Below are positions 11,430 through 22,080 of a stretch of DNA of 64,000 bases, piece by piece. Every line of letters begins with the position of its first letter. Within the stretch, counting starts at the first letter, position 1. The stretch is from Heteronotia binoei. Its lineage: Eukaryota. A program made the translations under genes and the position numbers. The notes beneath the pieces are model-generated. The model had not been told where the DNA came from, did not search any database, and saw only the letters and a program-made list of their open reading frames with translations. The stretch is from positions 56,544,001-56,608,000 of the forward strand of contig NC_083223.1 in NCBI RefSeq assembly GCF_032191835.1. Reading direction: 5' to 3'.

Positions 11430-12574
11430 GAGACATGGAACTAGCTGTATGGCTCTCTGGATGCTACCCAGTGATTTCCTTCCCCAACATGTTGATTGTT
11501 CTGCAAGTTCTAGGAAGACAGTACCAACTATTGCACTGAATGCTGGCATTCCCTCTTGGCAATGTGTTTGATACAGTCAATAAAAAGTAACTGTGGCACA
11601 AAATCCTTATGATAGCTGATACCTCTTCCTTGCTGCTAAAATACTAAATCAGCCATGGGGCAAACTTCTCTCAGAATGCAGCACCAATGAAAGACAACAT
11701 TTCCTGTTGGAATGAGAGAACAAAATAAAATTTTGAGTTGGCATCAGAGGATGTGACCTATAAATCTGTCTTATTTAAAATCAATCATTCTGTAATATTT
11801 ACAGTTTAACCTTTACCGGCATGACAAGGCATTCATTCTCTGCATGCCTATTTGAGTCTCGTTATCCAGTAAGGTTAAAGCAAACCAGAGTTTTGAAAAA
11901 CATACTTGAAATGCAAGAGAGAGTGCTCTGGGCTGTATTTACTCCGCCATTTGCTTCAGTGGTAACTGGTTTAGTTAATGCTGGAGGCAGTCAAGTTACT
12001 CTTTTCTCACTTCCCTGTTACAGTTATTTATGTCAGTGCTGGTGAAAGTGCTGAGGGTATGTCAATGCTGAGCGGGGCTCCAGGGGCTTGAATGAGCTGA
12101 TTTCTTCAGACTGATTCCTGCAGGCCACCAGCAGAGTGATATCAGGACAAATAAGTCAGGCCACATACTGAAAAAATTCGTCAAATGTTCTGCAATGTTG
12201 TTGGGTTTTTTTGTTTTTTACATTTTCCATTTGTGGGTGCATGAGTGTTCAGACACACTCTGGCAGTAGTGAGTGAGTACAGGAACCTCATTTTTAATGT
12301 CAAAGTACAAACAGTAGAATTTGACTACCTCTCTTTTTGCAACAAAACTAGATAAGATTCAAGACAGCAGGAGCTAGATCGCCTGCCATTTCTAATTTTC
12401 TTCATTTTAAAAAAAGCTGTTGTAGGAAAGGGGGATTGGATTGAGACTACAGCACTGGGACAGGGACGATTCAGGACCACATCCTTTCCTCGACAGAAAT
12501 CTCCCTTCTGCACTGCAGTTAGCCCTATTAGAACTGATGGTGTCTGATTGTGGGCATATGTCATATAAGTTATT

Positions 12575-12745
12575 CAGGGGTGGAATTTTAGCAGGAGCTC
12601 CTTTGCATATTAGGCCACACACCCCTGATGTAGCCAATGCGCCAAGAGCTTACAAGGCTCTTTTTTGTGAGCTCTTGGAGAATTGGCTACATCAGGGGTG
12701 TGTGGCCTAACATGCTAAGGAGGTCCTGCTAGAATTCCACCCCTG
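12575..12745. mobile_element. Palindromic hAT-type MITE, family A'
   Basis: TIRs CAGGGGTGGAATT / AATTCCACCCCTG; interior matches 826-996; TSD degenerate. Confidence 0.85.
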
Positions 12746-12754
12746 TGTTATATT

Positions 12755-12933
12755 ACATAAAGCTGCTTTGTATTGAGTCAGACCCTTGGTCCATGAAGGT
12801 CAGTATTGTCTGCTTTGACTGGCAGTGCATCTTCAGAGCCATGAGTCTTTGACATTACTTGCTACCTGATTCTTTTAACTACAGATGCTAGGGATTGAAG
12901 CAGATGTTCTACTACTGAGCCACAGCCTTTCCC
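12755..12933 (-). mobile_element. tRNA-head SINE with CR1-like tail (Squam2-like)
   Basis: Minus strand starts GGGAAAGGCTGTGGCTCAGTAGTAGA (A-box-like) and ends GGACCAAGGGTCTGACTCAATACAAAGCAGC (CR1-type tail). Confidence 0.6.
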
Positions 12934-13404
12934 AGTTTCTCCACACCACCACCAAACAGCATGGGGAAAAGGAAAAGATTAACCCACAGCTACTCCATCA
13001 TCAAAAGACTGATCCAGATTGTGGTGGGAGCCCCCATAGTAGTTGGGGTTTTTTTCAAAATACAAGTATAAACATTGGGAAACTTGATAACAGGCTTCAT
13101 ATAGTTGTGCCTTATGGCAATATACTTGTATACAACACCATGTAACCCCCACCCCGTGCACATTAACACTTCAGAAGAGTCACCCATTTGATAACTACCT
13201 GCTAAACGTTATCATAACACTCACTGTGACCAGAATATAAGTAAGCACTTAACAACTGTCAAAGAACCTACAGTAGGTAAAGTGTATTCAGGTGTTTAAT
13301 TTTCAAATAGTGTTACGATGAAAAATATTTATGCCTACAGCTCAATCATTTGGAATTAACCCCTCCCATATGACCATTAAATACGTGAAACAGTGAATAA
13401 AGGG

Positions 13405-13938
13405 CAGGAGTGGCCAAACTGTGGCTTGGCCTATGGCTCTTTCACACCTATGGCTCTTTCACACATATTATGTTCCTCTCAAAGTTCCTCTCAAAGCTCT
13501 TTCACACATATTATGTTCCTCTCAAAGTCCCCACTGCCCCATTGGCTGGCTTGGTGAAGGCATTTCTCTCGTTAAATCACTTCTCCAAGTCCAGCCAGCC
13601 AGCAGCTTGGAGAACACACTTAAAGTTGCTTTCTTTCCACTTCTCCCTCCCTCCTCCTATCTATTTTCCTGCCTTCCTGCCTGTCAGATCTGTGTTGGAA
13701 AATACCTAGAGACTTTGGGGGTGGATTTGGGAGAGGGTGGAGTTTGGGGAAGGGAGGGGTCTCAGCATGGTACAATGCCATAGAGTCCACCCTTCAAAGC
13801 AGTCACTTTCTCCAGAGGAGCCAATCTCTGCCAGCTGGAGATCAGTTGTAAAAGCACGAGATCTCCATACCTGCCTGCCTTTTCGACTTACAGCTCTCAA
13901 TGTTTATTCTTTGTGACTCTTACATTAAGCCACCCCTG
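13405..13938. mobile_element. hAT (Charlie-like) MITE with a nested fragment (~13687-13870) of the TAGGGTTGCCA-type family
   Basis: Ends CAGGAGTGGCCAAAC / GCCACCCCTG; interior matches the reverse complement of 61179-61444; TSD 6/8 (ATAAAGGG/TTCAAGGG). Confidence 0.75.
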
Positions 13939-14936
13939 TTCAAGGGAATGTAGCAGAACTGAAACTATTTTTGTATTGAAACAGAAATAGTATACGACAA
14001 AGTGATCAAGAAGAAAGTAGCCAGTAGAATGTTGTATCCAAAGTTGGAAACTTCAGAAGAGTGGGCCCATACACTCAACAACCAACCCAGTAATCTGATA
14101 AATTTTGATGATATAATCAAGTTTATGGGCTGACACCCCTTCTATGAGTGGATATAGATCAATCACTGATAGAATTTTTGAGATAGTTGCCCAAAGAGCT
14201 GCCAGTAGTAGCCACAGTGAGAGATGGCTATTTGTAGTCACACATAAAGACATTGTAACCGTATCACCACGTTGGAAGTCATTCAGAAAACAGGAATAAA
14301 AATCAGGGAGTGTGGAGCTTATCTACAAAGCTTACCCATCTACAGAGTCACTGCTGTCACATGGTGAGCTTTTAATAGCTACTGAATAAGTATGTACATT
14401 CATCATGGGTGGAATTTTTTAAAAAACAATCACTGTGTTGCTGGTGCATTGAGGCCAGAATATCTGATACAGTCAAACAGTTGCCCCAAAACCCCCATGT
14501 TTCAGCAAGCCAAACACTTTGAATTTCCAAAAAAACAAAGAGGGACGGACAGAGAGAGACTTTGAAGTCAATCTCATTCTCTTAATACCTTGATATGATC
14601 TCAGTGGGAACATTCATTATCTTAATCCATTACACAATTTCAGCCATATTCTCATATGACAAGATTTATAAGGATACATTCATTACAACACTAAGCTATT
14701 GTGAAGCTGATGTATAATTTATACTGCCATGATAACATACACACAAACCAAGTGACAAGAACTCTTTATATTGTACTTGCTGAAAAATTACACTGGGTTT
14801 TTGGAGGAATCTGACTTTTCCCAAAGCCCTCACCTACTAGAAACAAATATCTCTTAGCCTTGTGAGTTCTAATGAGATCACAGCTAAAAGCACTGTATGT
14901 AGAGGCCAATATAGAGGTGCAAACATTATCTAAGGC

Positions 14937-15120
14937 CAGGGGATTTTTTGAGCAGGAATGCACAGGAATGCAGTTCTGGCTGGCTTGGCACCTAATACGC
15001 AAATGAGTTCCTGCTGGGCTTTTTCTACAAAAAAAAGCCCTGTGTGAAATAATAGCGATGTCAGGGAGTGTAGCCTAATACACTCCTGCTGGCCATTTTC
15101 TACACACACAAAAAGCCCTG
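14937..15120 (-). mobile_element. hAT-type MITE, family B
   Basis: Perfect 8-bp TSD TCTAAGGC at 14929-14936 and 15121-15128; ends CAGGGGATTTTTT / AAAAGCCCTG. Confidence 0.9.
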
Positions 15121-15177
15121 TCTAAGGCCTTTTTTACTAGTTACTGTCCTAAGGGACACAATTCATGTAGTTAGAAG

Positions 15178-15359
15178 CAGGGCTTTTTGTGTAGCAGGAA
15201 CTCCTTTGCATATTAAGCCACAACCACCTGATGTAGCCAATCCTCCAAGAGTTTACAGTAGGCCCTGTACTAAGAGCCCTATAAGCTCTTGGAGGATTGA
15301 CTATATAAGGGGTGTGTGACCTAACATGCAAAGGAGTTCTTGCTACAGAAAAAGCCTTT
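15178..15359. mobile_element. Palindromic hAT-type MITE, family A (CAGGGCTTTTT ends)
   Basis: Self-complementary; TSD GTTAGAAG/GTTAGAAC (7/8). Confidence 0.88.
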
Positions 15360-15398
15360 GTTAGAACCATGTTTCTGATTTTGTTCATATAAATATAT

Positions 15399-15401
<3 letters not shown>

Positions 15402-15432
<31 letters not shown>
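15402..15432. repeat. (GA)n microsatellite
   Basis: Direct reading. Confidence 0.95.
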
Positions 15433-15436
<4 letters not shown>

Positions 15437-15437
15437 C

Positions 15438-15632
15438 CAGGGCTTTTTTGTAGCAAAAGCCCAGTAGGCATTCATTTGCATATTATGCCACACCCCCTGA
15501 CATCACCATTGTTTCACACAGGACTTTTTTTGTAGAAAAAGCCCAGCAGGAACTTATTTGCATATTGGACCACACTCCCTGACAGCCAGCTGGAACTGTG
15601 TTCCTGTGCATTCCTGCTCAAAAAAAGCCCTG
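15438..15632 (+). mobile_element. hAT-type MITE, family B
   Basis: Ends CAGGGCTTTTTTG / AAAAAAGCCCTG; two internal copies of the AGCCCAG..AGG...ATTTGCATATT unit. Confidence 0.88.
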
Positions 15633-16430
15633 CATATTTCTGAGTAAGATCAAATTTAAGTATGTCTCAAGACAAAGTATCTCTATTAATACATTTTGCA
15701 GGGTGATGATTGAGAGTATGAAGTACTAGTAGACATTGAGTGTGTGCATATATATGTGTGATACAAGGCAGCCATCTTGTGGCCCAGAGGGGTATAAAGC
15801 AACAGAAGGCCAACAGTGGAGAGTACATAGCATTATTTCTGAGTGGAGCACCTAAGAAAGAAGTATGATCTCTCTAAATAAGGACAGAATGGAAAGCTCC
15901 CTGACTACCATATCAGTAATTACTGCATAGATTGTTTTTTAAAGAATAAATCTGAGAAATTTGAGATTGTCAGGAGAACTTTAGAAAGGCAAATGTGCAT
16001 GCATGTTTTGTTCAATCCCACTAATCAGATTCCCCCACAAATAGCCAAGCTTCCAAAAAACATTGCAGTGGATTACATCTCCATTGCAGTACATAGGGCT
16101 GAACTAATTTGCATCAGTTGGAGGTGAGGCATATGGTATGCAATCTGAACCACAGCATACAATATAAAACTAATCTAGTAGTAGAAGTGAATGTCATTTG
16201 GAACAGCCTTATTTGTTCCAAGTTTTAAAATCTTATCTTTACTCCAGAGCACTCAGGACAAAATATATAGCCCTTCTCTCCTGTGATGTTGGTTAGCAGA
16301 GAGGGAGTGACTGCAAAGGGTTGCCTGATAAACTGAATGATGAGTGGCAATGTCTCCCTGTCTCCCTGATCTTAAATTAACACTCTAACCGCTGTGACCC
16401 ACTAGCTCTCATGCATTCTCCTTCTGTATT

Positions 16431-16988
16431 GAGTGGTGGCCCACCCTCTAGGCAAATTAGGGCACGGGTCTTGAGGGGGCGCCAAATTGGGCCCTCCCCC
16501 TCCTGTTTCCTGGGCAATTGATATCACCCAGGAGGAAAGCAACTCACAACCCTCCCCCACCCCGCTGCCTCCTCTGTGGCACCCTCGGTGCCCTCACCGC
16601 CCTGCTGCCTGCATGCTACACCCTTCACATACACCCCCCCCCCCGCAGGCTGTGGGCAAAGCCAGAGGAGGCCAGGGAGGGCACATGCAGTGGCCACACA
16701 ATGGCCAAGCAAGCCTCTGAGTACCGCATGCTGTCCTGCTGTCGCTGCACTTCCCTTCTGGAAGGGAGGCAGAGTGATGGCAGCCAGATGGCATGGGGCC
16801 TCTGCACTGCTCAGAGGCTTGCCAGGCCATCACATGACCACCATATGTGCCCTCCCCTGCTTCCTCTGCTGTGCACACCCTTGAGGGGGTAAAAGGGAGT
16901 GAGTGGTGGGGCAGTGAGGGCACCACAGTGCGGCATGGGGGGTGGGGCAGCCTTGCCTTGGGCACCATGCACCCTCAGGCAGCCCCTG
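16431..16988. mobile_element. GC-rich non-autonomous hAT-type element (558 bp)
   Basis: Perfect 8-bp TSD TCTGTATT at 16423-16430 and 16989-16996; degenerate TIRs GAGTGGTGGCC / GGCAGCCCCTG. Confidence 0.7.
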
Positions 16989-17356
16989 TCTGTATTGTTT
17001 CTTAAACAACATTTTAATGTTGTTTCCCTAAACCCTGCTTTCTTTCTGGGTTCCAATGAGACCAATAAAGGTTTATTGCTGAGGCTGCTGGAAGTGTTTC
17101 AGAAAGGATCTTTATAAGAAATCATGTTTTCGACTTCAGGTTGTTTCCTCTAACAGTGAAGGACAGAATCCTCTGCATTGTTGAAAAGAGAGTTCAAACT
17201 CTCCAGAATTCAGTGGACTTCACTCTGCCATTTGGTGGTCCAAGACATAAGCAGCTATAATTTCAGTATTAATTCAATCAAGCTATTGAATTCTTGAAAG
17301 CATTATTCATAGCTTTAGGAATGTGAAGGAAAGGAAACAAGTATGTCAACAGTTTT

Positions 17357-17655
17357 TAAAAAGGTAAAGGTTGTCCTCTGTCCAAGCACCAATCGTTTCT
17401 GACTCTGGGGTGACATTGCTTTCACAATGTTTTCATGGCAGACTTTTTACGGGGTGGTTTGCCATTGCCAATCATTTACACTTTCCCCCCAGCAAGCTGG
17501 GTACTCATTTTACCGACCTCGGAAGGATGGAAGGATGAGTCAACCTTGAGCTGGCTACCTGAAACCAGCTCCCACTGGGATTGAACTCAGGTTGTAAGCA
17601 GAGCTTGAATTGCGATACTGCAGCTTTACCACTCTGTGCCACGGGGCTCCTAGCA
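17357..17655 (-). mobile_element. Sauria SINE (Squam1-type)
   Basis: Minus strand begins GGAGCCCCGTGGCACAGAGTGGTAAAG (tRNA-like A box), has a GAGTTCAATCCC B box and ends ACCTTTACCTT; TSD TCAACAGTTTT at 17346-17356 and 17656-17666. Confidence 0.9.
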
Positions 17656-17730
17656 TCAACAGTTTTATAATATACTTAATATATACAATTGATATTCTTA
17701 CTATTTACACTTTTTCTGTGTTTTTATCAG

Positions 17731-17883
17731 GATCCCAGTGCCATGCCACGGCCAACTTCGCAGGATCTAGCGGGATTCTGGGACTTATTACAGCTATCAA
17801 TTGAAGATGTCAGTATGAAGTTTGATGAATTGCACCAGCTGAAACTGAATGAATGGAAAATAGTAGAATCACCTGAAAGGAAG
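17731..17883 (+). CDS. DLGAP2: DLGAP2 penultimate coding exon (153 nt)
   Basis: TTTTTATCAG acceptor, AAG|GTAAGA donor; DPSAMPRPTSQDLAGFWDLLQLSIEDVSMKFDELHQLKLNEWKIVESPERK; DPSAMPRP and ESPERK are DLGAP2-type as recalled. Confidence 0.96.
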
Positions 17884-19133
17884 GTAAGAATACTACAGAT
17901 CGAGCAATTCACATTCACTTTGGACTGATAAATCCTTTTATTGCATTCCATTGTTTTCTGTTCAGTTAGTAACTAAGTGATGATGATGTATTACACTAGC
18001 AGACCGCAACCTTTGACTCAGGTCTTCTCTTTAAGGATGCAATACTGTGATCAGATCACATGCTCTCAAGAGCAATGCACACACATTGGGTGTGTTCACT
18101 CACACTAAATAACATGCATTGCAACTGGATTTTTACCGTGCAAGAATAGAAAGATCCATTTGCAAACAGTCACCATGTGAAAGAACCCATTGTTTTTGCT
18201 TTTGTTTTGCTTTTGCTCTGGTAAGGGAGAATGTTCTAGCTCTCCATTGTAACTTTAAAGAAGTGGTTGTAAAAACCCATCATAATCTGATTGCGATCAT
18301 GTTTTTAAACAATCATTTTTCTGAGACTGAATCAGTTGTAGCACCCGAAAGATACTTGGGGAATCTGTAGTTCTTGTTAAAGATGTATAGCTCCAGAACT
18401 TATATGTATTTTATTTCTTCCGGTTCCTGTTCACATAAAACAGTGACTATAGCTATCATGACTGCTGACAGCCATCAGGAGCCCCCAAACAGATTCCCTC
18501 CAAGATCCCCACACAGCATTCGAACCCAACCTAAACAGCAAATGATATGATATGGCTGTGGGTCCCCAGCATGACAGTTGGAATGTTGTCTCCCTAGTCT
18601 TCTTCTCTCAGCAGATCCAATGGCTGCGTAAATAGAATTTATACGTGTTTTAAATAAATAGAGTATTTCAGTTTAAAGGTGTCCCTCCCTTTTTTCCAAC
18701 ATAGTTTTCATACTTTCATTCCATACTCACATCCAAAAACATACCAATGTAGAGACAGTAGCCAAATCCAGCAGGAAGCCTGAGAGAGCAACCCTAAACA
18801 GATCTACTCTACTTGATCTTAGCTATATTTTTGTTTGGCATTCCAAAAATATAAAATCAAAACACACACGCACACACTTATCCACAGGCACATCCCCAAG
18901 TGTCCATTGTACTTTTTAAAAAGCAGGCTGGGTCATTTTGAAGGAAGAACCAGTGAAGAGAACCCACCGTTCAGTTGTGAGGCAGTAGGAGCCAGGGAAC
19001 ACCAGAGCAGTAGAGAATCTATTTCTTCCTTGGTCTGTAGCCCATCTCAGAAGTTACAGTGAAGGGACATACAATACATGTACAATGCCCAATTGACTGT
19101 TCTTTAACTGAACATTGAATAATTGTCATGTGA

Positions 19134-19774
19134 AATTTGATACATGGACAGCTGAATGTATGATACAAACCCCACATTAATCCAGATACTAGTCTCATTC
19201 CTAACATGAATATGTGTTGACTCCTTCTTCCAAACAGGTATACGCATATACATGAAGGATGTTCATATGTTCTGTGTAACATGTGAACAGAGCTTTTCCC
19301 CCTCTGTGTGTGCATGTCATTTCTCCCTTGAGCATCTTCTGTGTATATGTGTTTCCCATCCTCTCTTCCTCTTGTGTGTGTTTGTGTGCTTGGTTCTGCC
19401 TCCCATGGCAGTCATATTGTAGTGGTACCCACCTCAAGATTCCAAAGTTGCCTACAGGTTAAAAAAAAAAGTTGAGGACCCCTGTTTAAACCACTACGAT
19501 GAGAACAGATAAGATTGTTTTTGTAAATTTACACAACAGCAAAATACAAACTAAAAACCTTGCTGTTGAGCCCTGGATGGAATTTGATGCATGGACAGCT
19601 GAATGTATGATACAAACCCCACATTAATCCAGATACTAGTATCCCAGTCTCATTCCTAACATGAACATGTGTTGGTTTAAACCACTACGATGAGAACAGA
19701 TAAGATTGTTTTTTGTAAATTTACGGAACAGCAAAATACAAACTAAAAACCTTGCTGTTGAGCCCTGGATGGAA
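19134..19774. repeat. Complex local duplication X-M-Y-X-Y
   Basis: X = 19134-19219 and 19581-19674; Y = 19484-19582 and 19675-19774; M (19220-19483) occurs once and runs into a hAT-like right end GTTGAGGACCCCTG (ending 19484). Confidence 0.9.
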
Positions 19775-20777
19775 GAGGCAGGGTTCTGATTGGAAACTCA
19801 CTAATACCACAACTTTCTTTGGAGAGGTGATGTAAAAATAACATGTTCAACATTAAAAGTATCAAAGAAGCCACAAAAAGGAAAAGTCCCTATTACAAGA
19901 AATGTATTTCTCTGTGTGATAGCCAATTGATATGCTGGGCCTTACCTCTGCATAACCAAAGAAAAAATGTAGTACATAATGGATGGCATGAGAACAGAGA
20001 ATAAAGATGTGTGGCCAGCTGCTATCTCATATTCAATGGAGACCAAACACTGCAGAATGAGTCTAATTTAAAGCATCTCTTTTAGGCAATTTTCCTGCCA
20101 GTTCTGCATTGAGAGTTCAGTGCAGAGGAGAGAGTCAGGGTGCCATCCGGGCACTCTTATGTCCTGTTGATTCCTGTGGGAGAGTTTGAAAGTGCGCTTA
20201 ACTCTCACATTCAAATTATTGGAACATAAAACACTCTTAACTTGGGCTGGATCATGCCCTTTCTCCCCAAATATAGTCCTTTTGAATGGGACTCAAGTGA
20301 AGCCTGTGACATACATTCCTGCCGCTGTACCTCCCAAGAAAATGAGTTTAGATTTACTTGCTTGATTGTAAGATTGTTTACATGACTTATTGACTTAGGA
20401 AGTTTGATAAGCATTAACAGTTGAGGAAATCTTCAGATTTCAGGTGAATTTAGGGAAATCAAAATATTTTGCAGTTGATATTTCTCTGACATAGGAAGGC
20501 CCCATTTAGATATTTGTGTCAGGGCAGCCACACTTTTTTCAGCTGCAGCACACACATGCAAATCCCCACAGTAGGCAACTGCAGGAAAATCTGTGTCCTC
20601 TAAGTCAAATCACGCTGCTGGGGACACTTGTGATGTATAATACTTGTGTATACTTCAGGTTTTGCAACAAGCCTGTACAGAATGACTGGCTGGACATGGG
20701 CTGTTCTTTATCTGTACATTGAATTCAGAAAGATATTATATTTAATTCTATGTATTGTGTTTACCCGTTATAAAGGA

Positions 20778-21535
20778 GTGGTGGTGGTAGTGGAAGTTCC
20801 ATCAAGCCACAGGTGACCTACGGCGATCCCATAGGATTTTCAAGGCAAGAAATGTTCAGAGGTGGTTTGCCACTGCCTGCCTCTGCGGCACAACCCTGAT
20901 ACTCCTTGGTAGGGTTGCCAATCCCCAGGTGGGGGCAAGGGATCCCCCGGTTTGGAGTCCCTTCCCCCGCTTCAGGGTCATCAGAAAGTGGGGGGAGGGG
21001 AGGGAAATGTCTGCTGGGAACTCTGTTATTCCCTATGGAGATTTGTTCCCATAGAAAATCATGGAGAATTGATCCGCGGGTATCTGGGGCTCTGGAGGGG
21101 CTGTTTTTTGGGATAGATGCACCAAATTTTCAGTATAGCATCTAGTGCCTCTTCCCAAAATAGCCCCCAAGTTTCAAAAAGATTGGACCAGGGGGTCCAA
21201 TTCTATGAGCCCCCAAAAAGGTGCCCCTATCCTTCATTATTTCCTATGGAAGGAAGGAATTGAAAAGGTGTTCCGTCCCTTTAAATGTGATGGCCAGAAC
21301 TCCCTTTAAAGTTCAATTATGCTTGTCACAGCCTTGATCTTGGCTCCACCCCTAATGTCTCCTGGCTCCACCCCCAGAGTCTCCTGGCTCCACCCCCAAA
21401 GTCCCCAGATATTTCTTGAATTGGACTTGGCAATCCTACTCCTTGGAGGTCTCCCATCCAAATACTAGCCAGGCTGACTGTGCTTAGCTTTCGAGATCTG
21501 ACGAGATTGGGCTAGCTGGGCTATCCAGGTCAGGA
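20778..21535 (-). mobile_element. 5S rRNA-derived SINE (SINE3 / 5S-Sauria-like), split by a hAT MITE
   Basis: Minus strand has CCCAATCTCGTCAGATCTCGAAAGCTAAGCACAGTCAGCCTGGCTAGTATTTGGATGGGAGACC (5S homology, A and C boxes), then a non-5S body ending in (CCA)n. Confidence 0.88.
20910..21438. mobile_element. hAT MITE with TAGGGTTGCCA TIRs (529 bp)
   Basis: TIRs TAGGGTTGCCA / TGGCAATCCTA; perfect 8-bp TSD CTCCTTGG at 20902-20909 and 21439-21446. Confidence 0.92.
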
Positions 21536-21861
21536 CATAAAGGAATGATAGTATTTATAAAATGTTGTGAAAGCACCACTGTGAAAGATGACATGCTAAA
21601 ACATCTCTAACCTTGTAACAGGAATGTTCTGCAGATGATATATATGATGTTTGTTTAGTAAAGGATATTTCACTTTCATGCATATTGTATTAGTTTTGAA
21701 GAACAGACTTGATTATAATCTTTACATTTACCGCTCAGCCCTTTTTGATTTGACTTGGTGATGCTTCACTTGGAAGAATTCCGGCAAACGTTGGGAGGGA
21801 CCCTCTAAGATCAGACTGTATTTCATTTTTCTTTCTTTCTTTTTCTAAACACTCTCTGCAG

Positions 21862-22080
21862 GAAGAAAGAAAAGTTCCTCCTCCTGTACCAAAGAAGCCC
21901 CCAAAAGGAAAATTCCCTATTACAAGAGAGAGGTCTCTAGATCTGCCTGATAGACAACGTCAAGAAGCCCGAAGGCGACTAATGGCTGCTAAAAGAGCAG
22001 CCTCCTTCCGACAGAATTCAGCCACAGAGCGTGCAGACAGCATTGAGATATACATCCCAGAGGCCCAAACTAGGCTTTAA
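21862..22080 (+). CDS. DLGAP2: DLGAP2 last coding exon, ending in the Shank-PDZ ligand -QTRL
   Basis: CTCTCTGCAG acceptor; EERKVPPPVPKKPPKGKFPITRERSLDLPDRQRQEARRRLMAAKRAASFRQNSATERADSIEIYIPEAQTRL*, TAA at 22078-22080. Confidence 0.97.
   Translation, partial: EERKVPPPVPKKPPKGKFPITRERSLDLPDRQRQEARRRLMAAKRAASFRQNSATERADSIEIYIPEAQTRL

Noticed and set aside
16487-17117. Cluster of overlapping 60-124 aa ORFs on both strands
   Set aside because: All lie in or run out of a GC-rich non-autonomous hAT element; low-complexity Pro/Ala/Cys peptides.
17590-17655. tRNA gene (also heads at ~12930, ~33570, ~61590)
   Set aside because: A/B-box-like heads of SINEs without a full cloverleaf.
21447-21520. 5S rRNA gene (also ~53450, ~55960, ~62100)
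   Set aside because: Only part of 5S is present, diverged and fused to a shared non-5S body; these are SINEs.
17731-22080. Assignment to DLGAP1, DLGAP3 or DLGAP4
   Set aside because: DPSAMPRP, ESPERK, KGKFPITRE and RAASFRQNSATERADS match DLGAP2 as recalled, and CLN8 follows downstream.
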